A DNA stretch of 8,221 nucleotides. Origin: an uncultured Polyangiaceae bacterium (lineage in GTDB: Bacteria > Myxococcota_A > Polyangia > Polyangiales > Polyangiaceae). A model generated the notes under the pieces. The model was not told the origin of the DNA, did no database searches, and saw only the letters and a program-made list of their open reading frames with translations. Positions 5,727-8,221 of the stretch are shown one piece after another (the stretch's first letter is position 1; each line of letters starts with the position of its first letter). A program made the position numbers and the translations under genes. The stretch is from contig CAZSUA010000063.1 of the NCBI GenBank assembly GCA_964609655.1, forward strand, positions 4,113 to 12,333. The letters run 5' to 3'.

Positions 5727-6266
5727 ATGACCCCGTGGAAAGTACTCAAGAGCGAAACGCTACTTGAGCATCCTTGGCTCACGATTCGCGAGCAGGCCGT
5801 AGCGCTCGGAAACGGAAACGTTATTGAAGCGTTTCATCTGGTCGAGAGTCCGGATTGGACGGGTGTCTTGGCGCTTACCGAAGACCAAGAAGTGATTCTG
5901 GTGGAGCAATACCGGCACGGGTATGGGCGCGTGAGCGTCGAGTTACCTGCGGGCGTTGTGGACCGAGGGGAGGAGCCACTAGCCGCGGCCAAACGCGAGC
6001 TGCTGGAGGAAACGGGATATGTCGCTGACGCATGGCAGCCCCTGCTCAGCGTCTGTGTGGAGCCCAGTAGAAACACCAATCGTGCCCATTTCTTTTTCGC
6101 ACGCGGCGCCCGGAGGATCCAAGAACCCAAGCTAGATCCGGGCGAAGATCTCGCGGTGCGCTTGGTTTCCGCTAGCGCTCTACTGGAAGCGCTCGACGAT
6201 CAAAGTGTCGCGCACGGCGTTCACGTAGGGGCCATCTTGATGGCCGTGCGGCGTGGCTGGCTCTAA
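5727..6266 (+). CDS. Nudix hydrolase, ADP-ribose/nucleoside-diphosphate-sugar pyrophosphatase-like
   Basis: It matches the Nudix box GX5EX7REUXEEXGU perfectly: G76-VVDRG-E82-EPLAAAK-R90-E91-L-L-E94-E95-T-G97-Y98. The upstream context (ILVEQYRHGYGRVSVELPAG) and the 179-aa length are typical of the NudF/ADPRase-like subgroup. Subgroup and substrate are inferred. The start is ATG 5727 and the stop is TAA 6264-6266. Confidence 0.92.
   Translation: MTPWKVLKSETLLEHPWLTIREQAVALGNGNVIEAFHLVESPDWTGVLALTEDQEVILVEQYRHGYGRVSVELPAGVVDRGEEPLAAAKRELLEETGYVADAWQPLLSVCVEPSRNTNRAHFFFARGARRIQEPKLDPGEDLAVRLVSASALLEALDDQSVAHGVHVGAILMAVRRGWL
5952..6020 (+). other. Nudix box (catalytic motif)
   Basis: The codons for GVVDRGEEPLAAAKRELLEETGY were checked against the nucleotide sequence (ggc at 5952-5954). 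Confidence 0.9.
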
Positions 6267-6267
6267 G

Positions 6268-8091
6268 TTATTCTAAGGTGATCATGTACGGTGAAAGCGC
6301 GAGTACGTTATCGCCATTGGCCACAGCGTTGACGGCATTGAGGTAGGGCTGAAGTGCGCGCGGCATAGTCTGCGCCAAGGCACTCTGGCGTAGGAGAAAG
6401 CTGTGAAGGCGAGCGTCCGCTTGTTCCGCGTCGGGTGTTTCTCCCTGGAACAGCAACTCCAACCAACTTTCGTTCAAGCCCTCAAAGGAAACGGGAGCGT
6501 CCTTAGGGAGGCCGGCCAAGCGCCGTGCAGCAACCAGTGAGGCTTCGAGACCACCGAATTCGTCCACCAACCCACGTTCAAGCCCCTGAACACCACTCCA
6601 AATGCGCCCCTCAGCGCTTTTTGCGATCAGCTCCACGGGCTTCTTTCGTCCTTCGGCAACTCGCTTCAGGAACAAATCGTACACAACAACGATCTGCGCG
6701 CGCACACGTTCTTTCATGGCATCATTCCACGGCGTTAGCAAAGAGAGGTATGCGGCGCGTCCTTCCGCATCCGGGCGCGGGCTGGCTGGAAAAGTTACTG
6801 CATGCACGCCGAAGCGCTCGAGCGCACTGTTGACGCTAAATTTGCCACCGACGACACCGATCGAGCCCACGATACTCGAACGGGGCGCGATGATGCGATT
6901 GGTGGCAGAAGCGATGTAGTAGCCGCCGCTTGCGGCCATCGAACCCACCGAAGCTACAACGGGCTTTCGGCTTCTCAATGCCATCACATCTTTCCAAATA
7001 AGATCGCTCGCTAGCGCGGAGCCTCCTGGCGAATCGATGCGCAGGACCACGGCTTTGACAGCGTCGTTGTTCTTGAGGCGCTCAAGCGTCTTGTGCATGG
7101 CGCTCGAAGTGATGCCCTGGCTTTCGAAAGCGCCACCGCCGGCCATCGAAATGCTGCCGACCAAGGGCACGAGTGCGACCCGCGGTTTCGAATCGAGGTC
7201 GGCCTCATCGCCGACCAACGAACGCAACAAGCCCAAAAGTGGCGCGCTCCCGCCGCGGTTCGCTTGGGGTCCGAAACTTGGCTGCACGTTTTCAGTTTTG
7301 GTTTGTTTTTTGAGCGAGAGCAGCGCCTCGGGGGCGTACCCAATCTGATCGATCAAGCCGTGGGCCTGAGCTTCAGCCGGTGTGAAGGGCCCGCCTTCGA
7401 AATCTTCAGCTAGATTCTTCGCTTGTTTTCTTGAAGCGGCCGACTCGCTCAACCAAGCTTCGCGAATCGAGCGCAGGGTGACGAGCAGTGATTCGCGCGC
7501 TTCGTCGGTTGGCCCCGAACGGATGAACGTTTCTGCAAAGCTCTTGAACTTACCCGCGCTCACGAAGTCGGCCTGCACGCCGACCTTCTCCAGCAGCTCT
7601 CCCAAGTACAAGGATTGGGCGGCAAGTCCGATGGTTTCCAGGCTGCCGGCTGGGCTCAGCCAAATCGAATCACAGCCTTTGGCAACGAGCCAGGCGCTCT
7701 GATTACCCAACGTGTGAGCGTGGCAAGTTACCGGCACGCGCAGCGTCTTGAGGAGTCCCCCCAACTCCTCGGCATGCGTGAAATCGAGTTGGGTCTCGCC
7801 CAGACTGACGAAGACGCCCTTGATGTCCTCGTTCTTTCCGACGTCATTTAACGCATTCACGAGGCCGAAGTACGTGCGTTCCACGGGAAACGGGAAAACC
7901 CCACCGCCGCCCGCGACCTCCGGAAAGCCTGACGTAAGATCCAGCGTCGCGATGCGCGCTGTTCCAGCGAGGAGTGTCTTCGGCTGCTTTCCGTCTGTCG
8001 CCGCGGGCAAACCGAGTGCGCGGGGGCGGCCACTGCAGGCACTCATAAATAGGGTGAACGTGGCGACAAGCGCTAGCCGAGATCGAATCAT
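6268..8091 (-). CDS. sppA: Signal peptide peptidase SppA, two-domain (67K-type) S49 family serine protease, predicted lipoprotein
   Basis: The C-terminal S49 domain, AVVLRIDSPGGSALASDLIWKDVMALRSRKPVVASVGSMAASGGYYIASATNRIIAPRSSIVGSIGVVGGK, carries the catalytic-Ser motif AASGGY (Ser codon agc at 6930-6928). The N-terminal S49-like domain, IWLSPAGSLETIGLAAQSLYLGELLEKVGVQADFVSAGKFKSFAETF, carries the Lys (FKS) that aligns by eye with the general-base Lys of E. coli SppA. The stop is TAA (tta at 6268-6270). The track ORF starts at TTG 8145. ATG at 8091-8089 gives MIRSRLALVATFTLFMSAC, an ideal-length lipoprotein signal with lipobox F-M-S-A-C, so I prefer it. Confidence 0.93.
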   Translation of the reverse strand: MIRSRLALVATFTLFMSACSGRPRALGLPAATDGKQPKTLLAGTARIATLDLTSGFPEVAGGGGVFPFPVERTYFGLVNALNDVGKNEDIKGVFVSLGETQLDFTHAEELGGLLKTLRVPVTCHAHTLGNQSAWLVAKGCDSIWLSPAGSLETIGLAAQSLYLGELLEKVGVQADFVSAGKFKSFAETFIRSGPTDEARESLLVTLRSIREAWLSESAASRKQAKNLAEDFEGGPFTPAEAQAHGLIDQIGYAPEALLSLKKQTKTENVQPSFGPQANRGGSAPLLGLLRSLVGDEADLDSKPRVALVPLVGSISMAGGGAFESQGITSSAMHKTLERLKNNDAVKAVVLRIDSPGGSALASDLIWKDVMALRSRKPVVASVGSMAASGGYYIASATNRIIAPRSSIVGSIGVVGGKFSVNSALERFGVHAVTFPASPRPDAEGRAAYLSLLTPWNDAMKERVRAQIVVVYDLFLKRVAEGRKKPVELIAKSAEGRIWSGVQGLERGLVDEFGGLEASLVAARRLAGLPKDAPVSFEGLNESWLELLFQGETPDAEQADARLHSFLLRQSALAQTMPRALQPYLNAVNAVANGDNVLALSPYMITLE

Positions 8092-8141
8092 TGCGAGGGA
8101 TCGAAGCACAGCGCTGCCCCTAGGACCACCGAGTGCTCGCT

Positions 8142-8221
8142 TCAAGGTACTGAACCGGGCAAATCTGTTGTGTCGATGTGGGGAGGAGCCGTGGGAGGAG
8201 CGTCGGGAGGAGCGTCGGGAG
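8142..8221 (-). CDS. Possible 3' end of an upstream minus-strand gene with a Pro-rich repeat tail (partial, runs off the window)
   Basis: The minus-strand frame starting at 8219 reads PDAPPDAPPTAPPHIDTTDLPGSVP and stops at TGA (8144-8142). That TGA overlaps the TTG at 8145-8143 as TTGA. Only 25 codons are visible. The repeat also yields open frames on the + strand (ATG 8176: MWGGAVGGASGGASG), so strand and coding status are unresolved. Confidence 0.3.
   Translation of the reverse strand, partial: PDAPPDAPPTAPPHIDTTDLPGSVP
8181..8221. repeat. 12-bp tandem repeat, at least 3.4 copies, truncated by the window edge
   Basis: The copies are GGGAGGAGCCGT (8181-8192), GGGAGGAGCGTC (8193-8204), GGGAGGAGCGTC (8205-8216) and GGGAG (8217-8221). 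The unit length is a multiple of 3. Confidence 0.85.

Noticed and set aside
8181-8221. Whether the right-edge repeat could be a CRISPR array
   Set aside because: The units are 12 bp and directly tandem with no spacers. CRISPR repeats are ~24-48 bp and are separated by unique spacers of similar length.
1-8221. The whole window as a mobile element, prophage fragment or defence island
   Set aside because: There are no integrase, transposase, recombinase, tRNA attachment site, terminal inverted or direct repeats, restriction/abortive-infection-type domains, or an obvious shift in GC or codon usage between genes. SppA here is the long two-domain cellular type, not the short phage head-maturation S49 protease. 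The Nudix gene looks like a housekeeping ADPRase-type enzyme.

Overview
This is a densely coding bacterial chromosomal segment, about 95% coding and roughly 60% GC by eye. It holds six complete CDS and probably the tail of a seventh at the right edge.

Gene order:
- (-) 853-aa polytopic membrane protein of unknown function
- (+) AraC-family regulator, divergent from the membrane gene; their best ATG starts share one CATG
- (-) FHA-domain protein
- (-) secreted TPR plus PEGA-like envelope protein with a Gly-rich C-terminal anchor, just upstream of the FHA gene on the same strand
- (+) Nudix hydrolase with a perfect Nudix box
- (-) two-domain S49 signal peptide peptidase SppA with a lipoprotein-type signal peptide

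I see no tRNA, rRNA, CRISPR array, transposase, integrase, long inverted repeats or obvious compositional island. The FHA, TPR/PEGA and proline-rich content suggests a Myxococcota-like organism, at low confidence.

I found no recognisable defence or mobile system. The most plausible places for undescribed biology are:
- the AraC and orphan giant membrane protein pair
- the TPR/PEGA envelope protein and FHA protein pair, where the FHA protein carries an unassigned ~185-aa C-terminal domain

Smaller sequence-level oddities:
- a G8/C8 homopolymer inside the envelope gene
- a hairpin enclosing that gene's start codon
- convergent stop codons 1 nt apart
- a 12-bp tandem repeat running off the right edge

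All functional calls rest on motif recognition by eye; no searches were run.
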